Shown here one piece after another: positions 62,733 through 64,000 of a stretch of 64,000 nucleotides of DNA. The first letter of the stretch is position 1, and the number at the start of each line of letters is the position of its first letter. Both the position numbers and the translations under genes were made by a program. Below the pieces are notes generated by a model. The model worked only from the letters and a program-made list of their open reading frames with translations. It made no database searches and was not told where the DNA came from. The stretch is from the NCBI RefSeq assembly GCF_004010195.1, contig NC_057749.1, forward strand, positions 25,211,248 through 25,275,247, written 5' to 3'. The stretch comes from Chiloscyllium plagiosum (taxonomy: Eukaryota).

Positions 62733-62775
62733 CTCACTGAAGATATTTCCTAGTATCGTGACGAAACATCTGAAA
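62733..62775 (+). ncRNA. Decayed hammerhead motif, PLE family D
   Basis: tcaCTGAAGAtatttcctagtatcgtgacGAAAcatctga: core boxes present, stem I tca/tga, stem II eroded. Confidence 0.5.
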
Positions 62776-63819
62776 GCGAACCTTCCAGCTCAGCGAATAA
62801 ACCTACATCCAAGTCCTACAGGTGTATTTGAAATCACAAACTCTCGGGGCAGTGCTCTGATAAATGAACCTGTTGGACTATAACCTGGTGTCGTGTGACT
62901 TCTGACTTTGTCCACCCTAGACCAGCACCAGCATCTCTGCATCAAAAACCGAGCAAGACATAAAGCAGGAAATGAGCTGCCGGTTAGCTTAACATCTCTC
63001 GTAGGAAAGATGTTGAAAGCTATTATTAAAGAGGTTAGAACATGGCACTTAGGAAAGGTAATCAGGCAAAGTTGAAAAGAAACTCATATTTAACCAATTT
63101 ATCGAGGACGGAATGCACGGAGGATTAAGGGTTTGGAAGGTGCTGTCAGAGGAAATTGATAAACTTAGTTCCTCATCACGAAGGCCCAGGTCCAACTGGA
63201 ACAACGAATGAGAGGCAGGCGAAATACCTAAAACATTCACATTTGGGAAACTCCATAGCGATGCGGACAGCTGTCTACACCAGACTCCTGCCACCATCCA
63301 GGGAATGTAACCCGAGAGACCTGACAATAGGAAATAGACCAGGAGGAAATCACATTCCCTAATTAATCTTTCCACTGGCTAAATTAGATGTAAATACATT
63401 TCTATGAAACCCGATAGACAAGCATCCACTGCAAAGTATCATTTGTGTAGCTCATTGTAATCTAAGGAGACATTCCACTGTGAGGTTCCCAACAGCGGAT
63501 ACTTTGTAAATCACAACATATTTGCGATGTGATGGATGAAATTAAACAGAAAACAATGGGGCAAGGTGTTCCCCTCGAAGTGTTTTGAACCCCGCTGTCA
63601 GTCTCAAATGAAGACTACAGAAATGATTTTTTAGTCAAAGCTGTTTGTATAGGTTATGGCACATATCCAAGATTGAGCAGAGCTTGAATCCTAATCATCT
63701 GGGTCACTGTAGGTATTGTCCAATCAACCTGTTCAGGGATGTTATTACAACACCTCTGGAGCAGGTGGGACCTGAACCCAGGCCTCCCGGCTCAGAAATA
63801 TGGGCATTACTACCACAAC

Positions 63820-64000
63820 TTGAGAAGATTCTGAGCAATAAGATATACATGCATGTGGAAAGACAGGGTTTGATTAGGAGCAGTCAGCATGGCTTTGTGA
63901 GTGGGAGATCATGCCTCACAAATTTGTTAGAGTTCTTTGATGACGTAACCAGGAAGGTTGATGAGGGCAGGGCGGGACACAATATGGATTTCAGTAAGGC
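63820..64000 (+). mobile_element. CR1 RT fragment running off the window
   Basis: LIRSSQHGFVSGRSCLTNLLEFFDDVTRKVDEG...MDFSK. Confidence 0.9.

Larger units (their letters stand above)
59990..63107 (+). mobile_element. Long, old CR1 LINE (APE endonuclease to RT) fragmented by younger insertions (CR1 60300-60817-, PLE 61448-61670, Rex1 61780-62120-, PLE 62700-62945)
   Basis: KLQVLYLNA...NKTDEL..QIE (APE start); GPDELH (~62544); PVSLTSLVGKMLKAIIK (~62980). Confidence 0.78.

Noticed and set aside
1..64000. CRISPR arrays, V(D)J recombination signals, rRNA or prokaryotic operons
   Set aside because: No regularly spaced repeat-spacer arrays, no heptamer-nonamer pair with 12/23 spacing noticed, and the content is vertebrate repeat DNA

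Overview
Repeat-dominated non-coding vertebrate DNA. The repeat set (about 20 HE1-type V-SINEs plus HER1/CR1 LINEs) points to a shark. No intact host protein-coding gene could be identified. The window holds many CR1, L1/Tx1, Rex1/Babar, Gypsy, LTR and Tc1/mariner-type remnants, a decayed RPL23A processed pseudogene (36025-36295, minus), a degenerate interstitial (TTAGGG)n array, and an ERV-like solo LTR with a sense ORF in U3. The most notable system is a dense population of short Penelope-like (PLE) terminal units. About 20 of them carry minimal hammerhead-ribozyme cores in at least four sequence families. They occur as solo copies, inverted pairs, circularly permuted mini-units and one apparent CR1 chimera. 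Family names come from motif recognition, not database searches, and most boundaries are approximate.
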